Of a DNA stretch of 56,217 bases, positions 46,598 through 56,139 are shown one piece after another. The translations under genes and the position numbers were made by a program. The DNA is from Gemmatimonadota bacterium (GTDB lineage Bacteria; Gemmatimonadota; Gemmatimonadetes; Gemmatimonadales; GWC2-71-9), in contig JAZJZU010000039.1 of the NCBI GenBank assembly GCA_040389605.1, forward strand, positions 1 through 56,217, in the 5' to 3' direction. Every line of letters begins with the position of its first letter. The stretch's first letter is position 1. Below the pieces are notes generated by a model that worked only from the letters and a program-made list of their open reading frames with translations, did not search any database and was not told the DNA's origin.

Positions 46598-47437
46598 TTA
46601 TCTCCCGAGGACCAGGGTCGAAACCAGCACCGAGAGGGCCAGCAGGAGCACCATCAGGACCGCTTCACGGCTGCGCGGGGCTCGCGCACCGCGGCCCGCC
46701 CCCTCAAGAAAGCCGGCGAGCTGCGCGGAATGCGGTGCCGGGAAGGAATCCAGCGCGGCGAGGATCGTCTCGGCCTTTCCGGGGCGAAGCCCGGGATCGG
46801 GAGCCAGCATCGATGCCACGAGCTGGTTCAGTTCCGCTGGTATGCCACGCCGCTGATCGGCGAGCTGGCGGTCGGCTGGCCCCGGGAGGTCGCCGGTAAA
46901 GAGCGCCCAGGCAATCGCACCGAGCGCCGCAAGGTCGTCGGCAGGGTCGCCCGCGACCGCATTTGCGAGTCCCGCTACGCGGACTTCACTGCCGGAGAAG
47001 TGGACGTTGCCCAGGTCGAGCGATCCGTGGGCGAGGCCGGCCCGATGCAGGGAAGCGACCGCCCTGGTGATTTCGCGCAGGGTCCGGATTCCCTCACGGA
47101 CGGTCAATCCGCCCGATTCTGCAAGCCGGGATTGCGCGCTCGGCAAGCCGGGAGCCGCCTCCACTACCCAGGCACGACCATCGAGATCGCCGCTGCTCAG
47201 TGGAGTGTTCAGGCGGGGATGTCCGAGTGCCTGCAGTCGCGAGAGCCGCCCGCGAACTGCCACGGGCTGGGGGCCTTCTGGCGGAAGTGGCTGGAGCGTG
47301 ACGAGCAGTCTTGCCCCGCTCTCCCGGCAAGTGCCTGCGAAGAGTCGGCGACCGCCGAGCGACGGGCGTTCCTCGCCGAGCAGCGCCGCACCACCCAGCG
47401 AGAGCTGGAGTCGGGGTTTGGTGGAATCCTGAGACAT
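46598..47437 (-). CDS. Tail-anchored protein-kinase-like protein lacking the catalytic residues (pseudokinase)
   Basis: Start taken at ATG 47437 (MSQDSTKPRLQLSLGG...); the track start at 47524 is a TTG. Collinear with Hanks-type kinases: the HRDLKPxN position reads HGSLDLGN, the DFG position reads AGL, the activation loop is almost absent, and the VAIK lysine position reads LLVTLQ. The DDLAALGAIAWALFTG and LAPDPGLRP subdomains are retained. C-terminal TM AVLMVLLLALSVLVSTLVLG. Confidence 0.7.
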   Translation of the reverse strand: MSQDSTKPRLQLSLGGAALLGEERPSLGGRRLFAGTCRESGARLLVTLQPLPPEGPQPVAVRGRLSRLQALGHPRLNTPLSSGDLDGRAWVVEAAPGLPSAQSRLAESGGLTVREGIRTLREITRAVASLHRAGLAHGSLDLGNVHFSGSEVRVAGLANAVAGDPADDLAALGAIAWALFTGDLPGPADRQLADQRRGIPAELNQLVASMLAPDPGLRPGKAETILAALDSFPAPHSAQLAGFLEGAGRGARAPRSREAVLMVLLLALSVLVSTLVLGR

Positions 47438-47729
47438 AACGATGGGTAGTGCAGCGGTTGTGCCAGCCGGGGACGTGGCGGGCCGATCCAACCACGATTC
47501 ACCTTGTAACACATTGTGTCGCAAGCGTTTAAGCGAAATTCAGAGCTCTCACCCCCGCCACGGTGGGCTGAGGCCGCCTGACTGGTGTTCCACCCGGTCG
47601 CCCGCGGGGGCGAGGGGGTTGAATGGGGAGCCGGGGCGGGGAAATTCCGGAAGCGAGGAGCTTTCGTTTCGTTATCTTCCCCCCGGCCACCCGCCCGGCC
47701 CACACTCCCGACTTTGACTCTCGAGCACC

Positions 47730-49712
47730 GTGACCGCCTCGACTCCATCCCGTGTGAACTCCCCGGCCGCCTGGCTGACGATCAATTCCCTCCGCGTTCT
47801 TGCGATGGATGCCGTGGAGGCCGCGAATTCCGGCCACCCGGGAACGCCGATGGCGCTGGCGCCGGTGGCCTACCTGCTCTGGCGTCATCATCTCAAGCAC
47901 GCGCCGCAACATCCCGAATGGGCCGACCGTGATCGTTTCGTGCTGTCGTGCGGTCACGCCTCGATGCTGCTGTACGGACTGCTGCATCTCTCCGGATACG
48001 ATCTCTCACTCGAGGAGATCAAGCAGTTCCGGCAGTGGGGATCGAAGACGCCCGGGCACCCTGAGCGCGGACACACCGTCGGTGTCGAGACCACCACGGG
48101 ACCGCTCGGCCAGGGAGTCGGCAACGCGGTGGGAATGGCAATCGCCGAGTGCCTGCTCGCCGCACAGTACGGCAAGGAGCTGGTCGATCATCGCACCTGG
48201 GTGCTCGCCTCAGATGGCGATATGATGGAGGGCGTTGCCTCGGAAGCCGCGTCACTCGCCGGGCACAACCGGCTCGGCAAACTCACGGTGATCTGGGACA
48301 ACAATCACATCACCATCGATGGACGCACCGACCTCTCATTCACGGAGGATGTCGGCGCGCGCTACGAAGCCTATGGCTGGCGCGTCCTTCACGTCGACAA
48401 TGGCAACGATCTCGATGCCATCGATGCGGCGCTCACCGATGCCGCCTCGGTGTCAGAGCGTCCGACGCTGATCGTGCTGCGCACCATCATCGGCGACCCC
48501 GCTCCGACCAAGCGCGATTCGTCGAAGGCGCACGGCGAGCCCCTCGGGAAGGATGAGATCGCGAAGACCAAGGCAATCCTCGAGTGGCCAACCGAGCCGT
48601 TCCACGTGGCGCCGGAGGCCTACGCCGAAATGCAGCCCGTGATCGACCGCGGCAACGCACTGGTCAGGGAATGGGAGGCCCGGGTTGCGAGCAGCCCGCA
48701 CGCCGAGCCATTCCGCGCCCAGCTTGCAGGGGAGTTGCCCGCTGGCTGGGACGCTGGACTTCCCGATCTCGCCACGGAATCCCTCGCGACCCGCCAGGCC
48801 TCGCAGAAGGCCCTCCAGGTCCTCGCGGCATCGGTTCCCGGCCTCGCTGGCGGCTCCGCCGACCTTGGCGGGAGCAATGGCACCAACATTACGGTGGGCG
48901 AAGTCTTCAATCACGAAACTCACGGTCCGCGCATCCACTGGGGGGTGCGGGAACACGGAATGTGCGCCGCGCTGAACGGGATGGCGGCTCACGGCGGGGT
49001 TCGACCCTACGGTGCCACCTTCCTGGTCTTCACCGACTATTGCAAGCCGTCGATTCGCCTCGCCGCACTGATGGGTCTCCCGACGCTGTACATCCTGACC
49101 CACGACTCCATCGGACTCGGTGAAGATGGGCCGACGCACCAGCCGATCGAACATCTCGCGATGCTGCGCGCCATCCCGGGAATGACCACGCTGCGGCCCG
49201 GTGACGCCGCCGAAACCGTGGCGGCGTGGCGCGCGGCCATCCGCCACCGCAATGGACCGGCGGCACTGATCCTGACGCGTCAGAAGCTCCCTGCATTGAC
49301 GCGCAACGCCGACCCGGTGTCGGATGCGGCGCGCGGTGCGTATATCCTGCACGAACCAGCAACCGCGCCGCGCGCGATCGTCATCGCGACCGGCTCCGAG
49401 GTCCAGCTCGCAGTTGCCGCTGCGGCAACCCTTGATCAGGAGGGGATCCCCACGCGGGTGGTCTCGATGCCATCGTGGGAGCTGTTCGCCGCGCAGGACG
49501 CCGCGTGGCAGGAGCGCGTCCTCCCCGCGGCCATTACGGCGCGAGTCTCCGTGGAAGCGGCGACGACCTTCGGCTGGATGAAGTGGGTCGGCAATCGCGG
49601 AATCACGATCGGAATCGATCATTTTGGTGCATCGGCACCTGCCGAAACGCTTTTCAGGGAATTTGGATTCACCGCCGAGCACGTGGCACAGGCCGTTCGC
49701 TCGCTCGTCTGA
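47730..49712 (+). CDS. tkt: Transketolase
   Basis: 660 aa, GTG start. [48 protein letters not shown]. Confidence 0.95.
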   Translation: MTASTPSRVNSPAAWLTINSLRVLAMDAVEAANSGHPGTPMALAPVAYLLWRHHLKHAPQHPEWADRDRFVLSCGHASMLLYGLLHLSGYDLSLEEIKQFRQWGSKTPGHPERGHTVGVETTTGPLGQGVGNAVGMAIAECLLAAQYGKELVDHRTWVLASDGDMMEGVASEAASLAGHNRLGKLTVIWDNNHITIDGRTDLSFTEDVGARYEAYGWRVLHVDNGNDLDAIDAALTDAASVSERPTLIVLRTIIGDPAPTKRDSSKAHGEPLGKDEIAKTKAILEWPTEPFHVAPEAYAEMQPVIDRGNALVREWEARVASSPHAEPFRAQLAGELPAGWDAGLPDLATESLATRQASQKALQVLAASVPGLAGGSADLGGSNGTNITVGEVFNHETHGPRIHWGVREHGMCAALNGMAAHGGVRPYGATFLVFTDYCKPSIRLAALMGLPTLYILTHDSIGLGEDGPTHQPIEHLAMLRAIPGMTTLRPGDAAETVAAWRAAIRHRNGPAALILTRQKLPALTRNADPVSDAARGAYILHEPATAPRAIVIATGSEVQLAVAAAATLDQEGIPTRVVSMPSWELFAAQDAAWQERVLPAAITARVSVEAATTFGWMKWVGNRGITIGIDHFGASAPAETLFREFGFTAEHVAQAVRSLV

Positions 49713-49727
49713 CTCATTGAGGTCGTC

Positions 49728-50837
49728 ATGCCCAATCCGCTGACCCGGCTCGTCTCTCTTGGCCAGAGCCCCTGGTACGACTTCATCACGCGCGACCTCG
49801 TGAAGTCGGGTGAACTGGCGCGACTGATCCGCGAGGAAGGGCTGCGGGGAATGACCTCGAACCCGACCATCTTCGAGAAGGCCATTGCCGGCAGCGCCGA
49901 CTACGATGCCGACATCAAGGCACTCGCCGCCGAAGGGAAGTCGGCAGCCGAGATCGTGGAATCGCTGATGGTGGCCGACGTACAGGCCGCGTGTGACGTC
50001 TTCCGCCCGGTCTACGATGCCAGTGGCCACGGCGACGGAACGGTGTCGATCGAGGTTGCGCCGACGCTCGCCAACGACACCGAAGCGACGATTGCGGAAG
50101 CCGAACGACTCTGGAGCCGGGTCGATCGCCCCAATGTGATGATCAAGATCCCCGGCACGCTCGCCGGGCTGCCCGCGATCACGCACTGCCTCGCGAAGGG
50201 AATTAACGTCAACGTCACCCTGCTCTTTTCTGTGGAACGGTATCGCCAGGTGGTCGAGGCATTTCTTGCTGGCCTCGAGCAGCGCGTTGCGGCAGGTGGA
50301 CAGGTCAATGCCGTGCACTCCGTGGCATCGTTTTTCGTGAGCCGAGTCGACGGCCAGACCGACGCCGCGCTGGAGTCGCTCGGCGATGCCGGGAAGCCCT
50401 ATCGCAGCCGGATGGCGATTGCGAACGCCATTGCGGCCTATGCCGCGTTTGGCGAAACGCTGCTTCGGCCTCGCTGGCAGGCGCTTGCCGGCCGCGGTGC
50501 CAAGGCCCAGCGGCCGCTCTGGGCATCGACCAGCACGAAGGATCCCGCGCTGCCCGATACGATGTACCTCGAGGCGCTGATCGCGCCCGACACGGTCAAC
50601 ACCATCCCGCCCGACACCTACAGCGCCTACCTCGACCACGGTGACCCGCACGTCCGGATCACGCCTGCCACTGAAGTCGAGGCGCTGAAGCTCCTCGCCG
50701 GCTATGCTGCCCTCGGCGTGCGACCGCTGTCTGAGATCACGGCCTTCCTCGAAGTTGATGGCGTCGCGAAGTTTGCGGCAAGCTGGCATTCCCTGCTGGA
50801 ACGCGTGCAACAGAAGGCCGGCAGCCTCGCCGGCTGA
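49728..50837 (+). CDS. tal: Transaldolase (long, about 370-aa type)
   Basis: 369 aa. GQSPWYDFITR, GMTSNPTIFEKAI, and the Schiff-base lysine context VMIKIPGT. Confidence 0.93.
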   Translation: MPNPLTRLVSLGQSPWYDFITRDLVKSGELARLIREEGLRGMTSNPTIFEKAIAGSADYDADIKALAAEGKSAAEIVESLMVADVQAACDVFRPVYDASGHGDGTVSIEVAPTLANDTEATIAEAERLWSRVDRPNVMIKIPGTLAGLPAITHCLAKGINVNVTLLFSVERYRQVVEAFLAGLEQRVAAGGQVNAVHSVASFFVSRVDGQTDAALESLGDAGKPYRSRMAIANAIAAYAAFGETLLRPRWQALAGRGAKAQRPLWASTSTKDPALPDTMYLEALIAPDTVNTIPPDTYSAYLDHGDPHVRITPATEVEALKLLAGYAALGVRPLSEITAFLEVDGVAKFAASWHSLLERVQQKAGSLAG

Positions 50838-50858
50838 TCCCCACCTGAAGGAGCTGGC

Positions 50859-52112
50859 ATGCTGAACGGGCTGCGGAAGATTTCGCTTTCGTGGTGGATC
50901 GTGATTTCGATGATTGTGGGTGTCACGATCGGATGGCTCGACAACGCCGTATGGACCAGCACTGATGTCGGTGCGATGCTGGCACCGATCGCCACCATCT
51001 TCCTCCGGATGATCAAGTCCATTGTCGTACCACTGATCTTCGGATCGCTCGTGGTCGGCATCGCCGGACACGGGGACGACCTCAAGCGCGTCGGCCGCCT
51101 GGCGTTCCGCAGCATTGTCTACTTCGAGATCGTGACGACCATTGCCTTGTTCATCGGCCTGGGCGCCGTGAACCTCGTGCGACCTGGTGACGGTATTACC
51201 CTCGCGGGTTCGGCAGCCACCGGTGAGCAGCTCGCGCAGACCAAGGCCACCGTTGCCAGCGTCCTCGAACACACGGTCCCGCAGTCGTTCTTCGAGGCCG
51301 CAGCCAAGAACGAAGTGCTCCAGATCGTCTTCTTCTCCCTGCTCTTTGCGATCGCGCTCGCGCAGGTCAAGGGCAAGCCGAAGGAGATGATGCTGGGCTT
51401 CTGCGAGTCACTCTCCGAAGTGATGTTCAAGTTCACCGGCCTGGTGATGCTCTTTGCCCCGTTCGGGATCGGCGCCGCGATTGCGGTCACGATCGGCCAT
51501 AGTGGCCTGGGGGTCCTGAGCAACCTTGGCGCGCTCGTCCTGACGCTCTACGGCGCCCTGATCGTGTTCGTCCTGCTGGTGCTGCTCCCGATCGCCTTGC
51601 TGTTCAAGGTACCCATCAAGCTGTTCTGGAAGTGGGTGAAGGAGCCGTACCTGATTGCCTTCTCGACCGCGTCCTCCGAGGCCGCGCTGCCACTCGCGAT
51701 GGAGAACCTCGAGAAGCTGGGCGTCCCGAAGCGGATTGTCGCCTTCGTACTCCCGACGGGCTACTCGTTCAATCTCGACGGATCCACGCTGTACCTCGCC
51801 GTGGCGTCGGTCTTCGTGGCACAGGCCGCGCACGTCGAGATGACACTGGGCAACCAGCTGGTGATGATGCTGACGCTGATGCTCACCTCGAAGGGCGTGG
51901 CCGCTGTCCCCCGCGCCTCGCTGGTGATCCTGTCGGGTGCGCTGGCCTCGTTCGGGCTTCCGCTCGAAGGCGTGGCCGTGATCCTCGGCGTCGACGCCGT
52001 GATGGATATGGCGCGAACGTCGGTGAACCTGCTGGGCAACTGCCTCGCGTCGGTCGTGATGGCGCGTGTGGAAGGCGATTTCCATCCACCTGTCGAAGAA
52101 GCGGTGACTTGA
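50859..52112 (+). CDS. Dicarboxylate/amino acid:cation symporter (DAACS, GltP/DctA-like)
   Basis: 417 aa. AFSTASSEAALP, VLPTGYSFNLDGS, GVDAVMDMARTSVNLLGN. Confidence 0.92.
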   Translation: MLNGLRKISLSWWIVISMIVGVTIGWLDNAVWTSTDVGAMLAPIATIFLRMIKSIVVPLIFGSLVVGIAGHGDDLKRVGRLAFRSIVYFEIVTTIALFIGLGAVNLVRPGDGITLAGSAATGEQLAQTKATVASVLEHTVPQSFFEAAAKNEVLQIVFFSLLFAIALAQVKGKPKEMMLGFCESLSEVMFKFTGLVMLFAPFGIGAAIAVTIGHSGLGVLSNLGALVLTLYGALIVFVLLVLLPIALLFKVPIKLFWKWVKEPYLIAFSTASSEAALPLAMENLEKLGVPKRIVAFVLPTGYSFNLDGSTLYLAVASVFVAQAAHVEMTLGNQLVMMLTLMLTSKGVAAVPRASLVILSGALASFGLPLEGVAVILGVDAVMDMARTSVNLLGNCLASVVMARVEGDFHPPVEEAVT

Positions 52113-52151
52113 GCGTCTCCAGACGCACCTTGCGCCGGAGTATCTTGCGCT

Positions 52152-54437
52152 ATGCGTCTGACCGTGTGGCAACGCCCCATAGGATTGCTCCTCCTGCTTG
52201 CCTGCCGGCTTCCGTCCCAGTCACCACTGACCGGGGCGGAGGCGGCGATGGCCAGTGGGCAGCCGTGGCGCGCGTCGCAGCTGCTCGCGCCGGTGCTGGC
52301 CGACACCGCGACGCGTACCCCGGATGCGATCATCCTCGCGGCGCGGGCCGCCGCAGGGTGGGAAGGATGGAGCCAGGTGCAGCAACTGCTGGCGCGCGAG
52401 CGCTGGCTGGACACCAGCTTCGATCGCCTCGGCCGACGCCTGCTCGCCGAAGCCGCGCTCGCGCAGCAGCGCAACGACGATGCGCTGCAGCAGGCGCTGC
52501 TCGCCGCCACGACAGGAGCGGGCCAGCGGAACGGTGAAGAACAGGGCGAACGACTGCTGATACTCGCGCGCGCGCTCGATCGACTCGATCGACGCGACTC
52601 TGCGGCCGCCACCTACGCGCGAGCTGCGGCCCTGCTCCCCGATGTGGCCGATTGGATCCTGCTCCGTGCGGCAGGTGTCACCGATGATTCGGTGTCGCGC
52701 ACGAAATTGCTCGCTCGCGTCACCCTCCCCGCGGCGCGCCCGCGCGTGCCGTGGACCGACGCCCTGGCCCGCGAACGCGCCCGCGATTTTGCCGGTGCCG
52801 CCGCGGTGTATCAGCGCACCGGTGCACAGGTACCCGCGTTGCGCGCCAGGTGGAGAGCCGCACGAACGCGTGCCGACAGCAGCCGGGTCATCGCCGACAT
52901 TCTCGCGCTCCTGGGAGCGGGCACCAGTACCAGCCTGGCACGCGAGGCACTCGACCTGGTCGATCGCCTCGCGCCGACCCTCACACGAGTGCAACAGCTC
53001 ACGGTCGCGCGACGTGCGGCAGCCGTGGGCAGGTCAGTGCAGGCGATGGATGCCTTTGCAGCCGCCGCAAAGCGCGGCCCCCTCACCGGGCCTGACCGGT
53101 TCAGCTACGGTGTCGTGCTCGGCCAGTTGAACCGCTGGCCCGAAGCGGCGGCGCAATTCCGGGGTGTGACGGCGCCGGCGCTCGCGGGGCATGCCGCATA
53201 TTACCGCGCCCGGGCGCAACTGCGCGCAGGCAACGGCTCCGCTGCCATTCCCGCGCTCAGGAGCGTGGCAGCGCGTTATCCGCGGGACACTGTGGCCGCG
53301 GCCATCTCGCTCTACCTGCTCGGCGATCTCGCGATCGACGCGGGGCAGGTCGATTCTGCACGCGCGCTCTTCCTCACGCTTGCGGATCGTTACCCCTCGG
53401 CCGCCGAACGCCCCCGGGCAGTGCTCCTCGCTGCGCTGATTGCGTTGCAACAGGGGCATCCCGATTCGGCGGCTCGCGAACTCGACGCCGCGACGCAGCG
53501 GAGCCAGGGCAGCGAGGGCGACGCGATGCGCTACTGGCTGGCCCGCGCCCGCCTCGCCGTCGGCGACACCGCCCTGGCCCGCACCGGCTTCCGCGCGCTG
53601 GTCGCGAATGGTCCGGAGAGCTACTACGCCCTGCGGGCAGCGGCCCGGCTCGACACCATTCCCTGGCGCGTCGATTCCCTGGTCACCATCACGATCCCTG
53701 ACTCGCTGCAGGCTCCCCTCTCACGCGCCGCACGGCTCGACTCCCTCGGGCTCGACGTCGAGTCGCGCCTCGAACTCGACCGACTCAGCAGCTCCGCGCA
53801 AGGCGCCGACGCCCTGCTGGCGCTCGGACAGGCCTACGCGGCAACGGGGCTGGCATCGCGCGCCCAGCAGGCGGGTTTCCGCGCCGCGAGCGCCGGTGCC
53901 CCACGAGGCGCACCCCTCTGGCAGCTGCTCTATCCGCTGCCCTACGAATCGGCGATGCGTGCGACGGCCGAGCGTGCCGGAGTGGACCCGATGCTCGCGG
54001 CATCGGTGATCCGGCAGGAAAGCGGATTTGTACCGCACGCCACCTCGCGCACCGATGCACGGGGCCTGATGCAGGTGATGCCCAGTACTGGCCGGGACCT
54101 CGCACGCAGCGCAGGAATCGCGGACTTCGATCCGGCACTCCTCTGGGTTCCTGATATCAACCTGGCACTCGGGATGCGGCACTTCGCGACCGCCCTCACG
54201 CGATATCCGGAAGTGGAACGGGCGCTCGCCGCCTACAATGCCGGCGGCACGCCCGTCGCGCGCTGGTCGGCGAGTCAGCTCGACGGCAAGTCACGCAGCG
54301 CCGACGCCGCTCGAGCACCACTCGCGGACACCGAAGTCTTTGTCGAACGGATTCCCTACGTGGAGACGCGCGACTACGTGAGGATCATTCTCCGCAATTA
54401 CGCGATGTATCAGTTGCTCTACGGCGGTTCGAGGTAG
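52152..54437 (+). CDS. Soluble lytic murein transglycosylase (Slt70-like: superhelical N-terminal region plus SLT domain)
   Basis: 761 aa. Signal peptide. Long Ala/Leu/Arg-rich helical-repeat region. C-terminal SLT catalytic motifs VIRQESGF, ARGLMQVMPSTG, AAYNAGG. Confidence 0.88.
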   Translation: MRLTVWQRPIGLLLLLACRLPSQSPLTGAEAAMASGQPWRASQLLAPVLADTATRTPDAIILAARAAAGWEGWSQVQQLLARERWLDTSFDRLGRRLLAEAALAQQRNDDALQQALLAATTGAGQRNGEEQGERLLILARALDRLDRRDSAAATYARAAALLPDVADWILLRAAGVTDDSVSRTKLLARVTLPAARPRVPWTDALARERARDFAGAAAVYQRTGAQVPALRARWRAARTRADSSRVIADILALLGAGTSTSLAREALDLVDRLAPTLTRVQQLTVARRAAAVGRSVQAMDAFAAAAKRGPLTGPDRFSYGVVLGQLNRWPEAAAQFRGVTAPALAGHAAYYRARAQLRAGNGSAAIPALRSVAARYPRDTVAAAISLYLLGDLAIDAGQVDSARALFLTLADRYPSAAERPRAVLLAALIALQQGHPDSAARELDAATQRSQGSEGDAMRYWLARARLAVGDTALARTGFRALVANGPESYYALRAAARLDTIPWRVDSLVTITIPDSLQAPLSRAARLDSLGLDVESRLELDRLSSSAQGADALLALGQAYAATGLASRAQQAGFRAASAGAPRGAPLWQLLYPLPYESAMRATAERAGVDPMLAASVIRQESGFVPHATSRTDARGLMQVMPSTGRDLARSAGIADFDPALLWVPDINLALGMRHFATALTRYPEVERALAAYNAGGTPVARWSASQLDGKSRSADAARAPLADTEVFVERIPYVETRDYVRIILRNYAMYQLLYGGSR

Positions 54438-54518
54438 CTCTGCCGGGGCTGCGGCCGCTTCGCTCAGGATGACAACGCCCTATCGGTCAATTGCGCGTCG
54501 TGGTGGGCTGGCCGGGCG

Positions 54519-55439
54519 CTAGCCGTCGAGGCCCGCCTGGCTCCATGCCGCTGAAATCACGTCGTTGGCCGACATCCCGCTGCTGCGCATTGCCTGCACC
54601 GTGAGCGACCGGTCGCGTTTGCTGAACTTCCGCCCGCCGTCGTCGGTGAGGAGCGGGTGGTGCACGGTGAGGACTGGCACTGGCCGACCAAGGAGTCGGC
54701 CCAGGAGTGCCTGCCGTGCGGTCGACTGCACCAGGTCCTCGCCCCGCACCACCAGATTCACTCCCTGGACCAGGTCATCCACCACCACGCCGAACTGATA
54801 GGTCCACTGACCGAGCGCGTCGCGTACCACGATGTCGCCGCACACTACTTGCGGGTCCTGGGAAAGTCTCCCGAGGAGCAGGTCCTCAGTCACCACCTCT
54901 CCAGCGGGCAGATGCGCCCTCACGACGTGACGCTCCGGACGATCCACGGCCACGCCGCGACAGCTCCCCGGGTACCTCCGTTCACGATCCGGATCGGCCG
55001 GACCGAGCAGGGAGCGGGTGCAGGTGCAACCGTAGACATCGGTCACGGATCGCAGCAACTCGAAGGCCACAGCATAGCGCTCCGGCGTGTCGCTCTGTCG
55101 AAACGCGGAGGGGTGGTCATCGAGCGAACGTGTGGACGCGCGGTCGCCCTCGAATCCCAGCCAGCGGAGGTCGTCCAGAATCGATCGCTCGAATTCGGGC
55201 CGACAGCGACCGCGGTCGTGATCCTCCATCCGGATCAGCACACGGGCGTCGAGCGTCTCGGCCACACCCCAGAGCCAGAGGATGTGGGCCACGTGTCCGA
55301 GGTGAAGCTCGCCCGTGGGTGAGGGTGCGAAGCGGGTCACGAGAGGCCCAGGCGGAACGGGCGAGAGGGCCCGGAACCGTGCCGCAACCCTTCGGAGCGA
55401 CGGGGAATTCGTGAACCGATCCTGGAGCGCTTCAGTCAT
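54519..55439 (-). CDS. gluQ: tRNA glutamyl-Q(34) synthetase (GluRS catalytic-domain paralogue)
   Basis: 306 aa with no anticodon-binding domain. TRFAPSPTGELHLGH (HIGH) and KFSKRD (KMSKS-like). Cys cluster CTC...C. Confidence 0.9.
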   Translation of the reverse strand: MTEALQDRFTNSPSLRRVAARFRALSPVPPGPLVTRFAPSPTGELHLGHVAHILWLWGVAETLDARVLIRMEDHDRGRCRPEFERSILDDLRWLGFEGDRASTRSLDDHPSAFRQSDTPERYAVAFELLRSVTDVYGCTCTRSLLGPADPDRERRYPGSCRGVAVDRPERHVVRAHLPAGEVVTEDLLLGRLSQDPQVVCGDIVVRDALGQWTYQFGVVVDDLVQGVNLVVRGEDLVQSTARQALLGRLLGRPVPVLTVHHPLLTDDGGRKFSKRDRSLTVQAMRSSGMSANDVISAAWSQAGLDG

Positions 55440-56110
55440 CGGGAAGGCGATGACCGATCCGACTGTCTCCGCTGCAATTCCAGCCGCACGCGCGCGATGA
55501 TCATCTCCACGCCGATGCGATTGTGGCCTCCTTCGGGGAGGATGATGTCGGCGTAGCGCTTGGAGGGCTCGACAAACTCCAGGTGCATCGGTCGCACGGT
55601 CGCGAGATACTGACGAACCACGTCGGGCATTGAACGGCCCCGGACTTCCACGTCGCGCTGCAGCCGACGGATGAAGCGGATGTCATCCGCCACGTCGACG
55701 TACAGCTTGATATCGAAGAGCTCCCGGAGGCGGGGTTCGGTGAACAGCAGGATCCCGTCCACAATCACGATGTCCCTGGGTTCGACCCGGACCGTGGCCG
55801 CGGCACGAGTATGCGCGGCAAAATCGTAGGTCGGCTTCTCGATCGCGACACCGGCAGAGAGCTGCTCCAGGTGCTGCACGAGGAGATCGTTGTCGAGGGC
55901 ATCGGGGTGATCGAAATTCACCTGCTTCCGCTCGTCGAGCGAGAGGTGCGCAAGGTCGCTGTAATAGGCGTCCTGGTCGACGAAGGCCGCGTCGAGCCCC
56001 GTCGATTCGTGGATCGCACGCGCCACGGTGGTCTTTCCCGAACCAGAGCCACCCACGACCCCGATGATGAGGGAGCGGGGATGCGCGGTGGTCGATGATG
56101 CGGTGTTCAC
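55436..56110 (-). CDS. udk: Uridine kinase
   Basis: 224 aa, GTG start preceded by GGAG. P-loop IIGVVGGSGSGKTT. DQDAYY...NFDHPDALD. ATGA overlap with the gluQ start. Confidence 0.93.
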   Translation of the reverse strand: MNTASSTTAHPRSLIIGVVGGSGSGKTTVARAIHESTGLDAAFVDQDAYYSDLAHLSLDERKQVNFDHPDALDNDLLVQHLEQLSAGVAIEKPTYDFAAHTRAAATVRVEPRDIVIVDGILLFTEPRLRELFDIKLYVDVADDIRFIRRLQRDVEVRGRSMPDVVRQYLATVRPMHLEFVEPSKRYADIILPEGGHNRIGVEMIIARVRLELQRRQSDRSSPSR

Positions 56111-56139
56111 GTGGGGGGATCTCCGTCGGGTATCGGATG

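Noticed and set aside
42444-47437. Idea that the pseudokinase downstream of kgd is part of an OdhI/GarA-type kinase control circuit for the fused 2-oxoglutarate dehydrogenase
   Set aside because: No FHA-domain gene is present in the window. The kinase-like protein lacks catalytic residues, is convergently oriented and is separated from kgd by a strong terminator and an HNH gene. The adjacency alone is insufficient.
27200-50837. Pentose-phosphate genes split into two blocks (gnd-zwf-pgl at 27.2-30.3 kb and tkt-tal at 47.7-50.8 kb) as a possible oddity
   Set aside because: Split or variably ordered PPP genes are common in bacteria. All five proteins look canonical.
48453-51272. 939-aa minus-strand ORF
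   Set aside because: It is antisense to transketolase, transaldolase and the start of the DAACS symporter, all of which have unmistakable signatures. Its Arg/Gly/Asp-rich sequence has no motifs, so it is a GC-artefact ORF.
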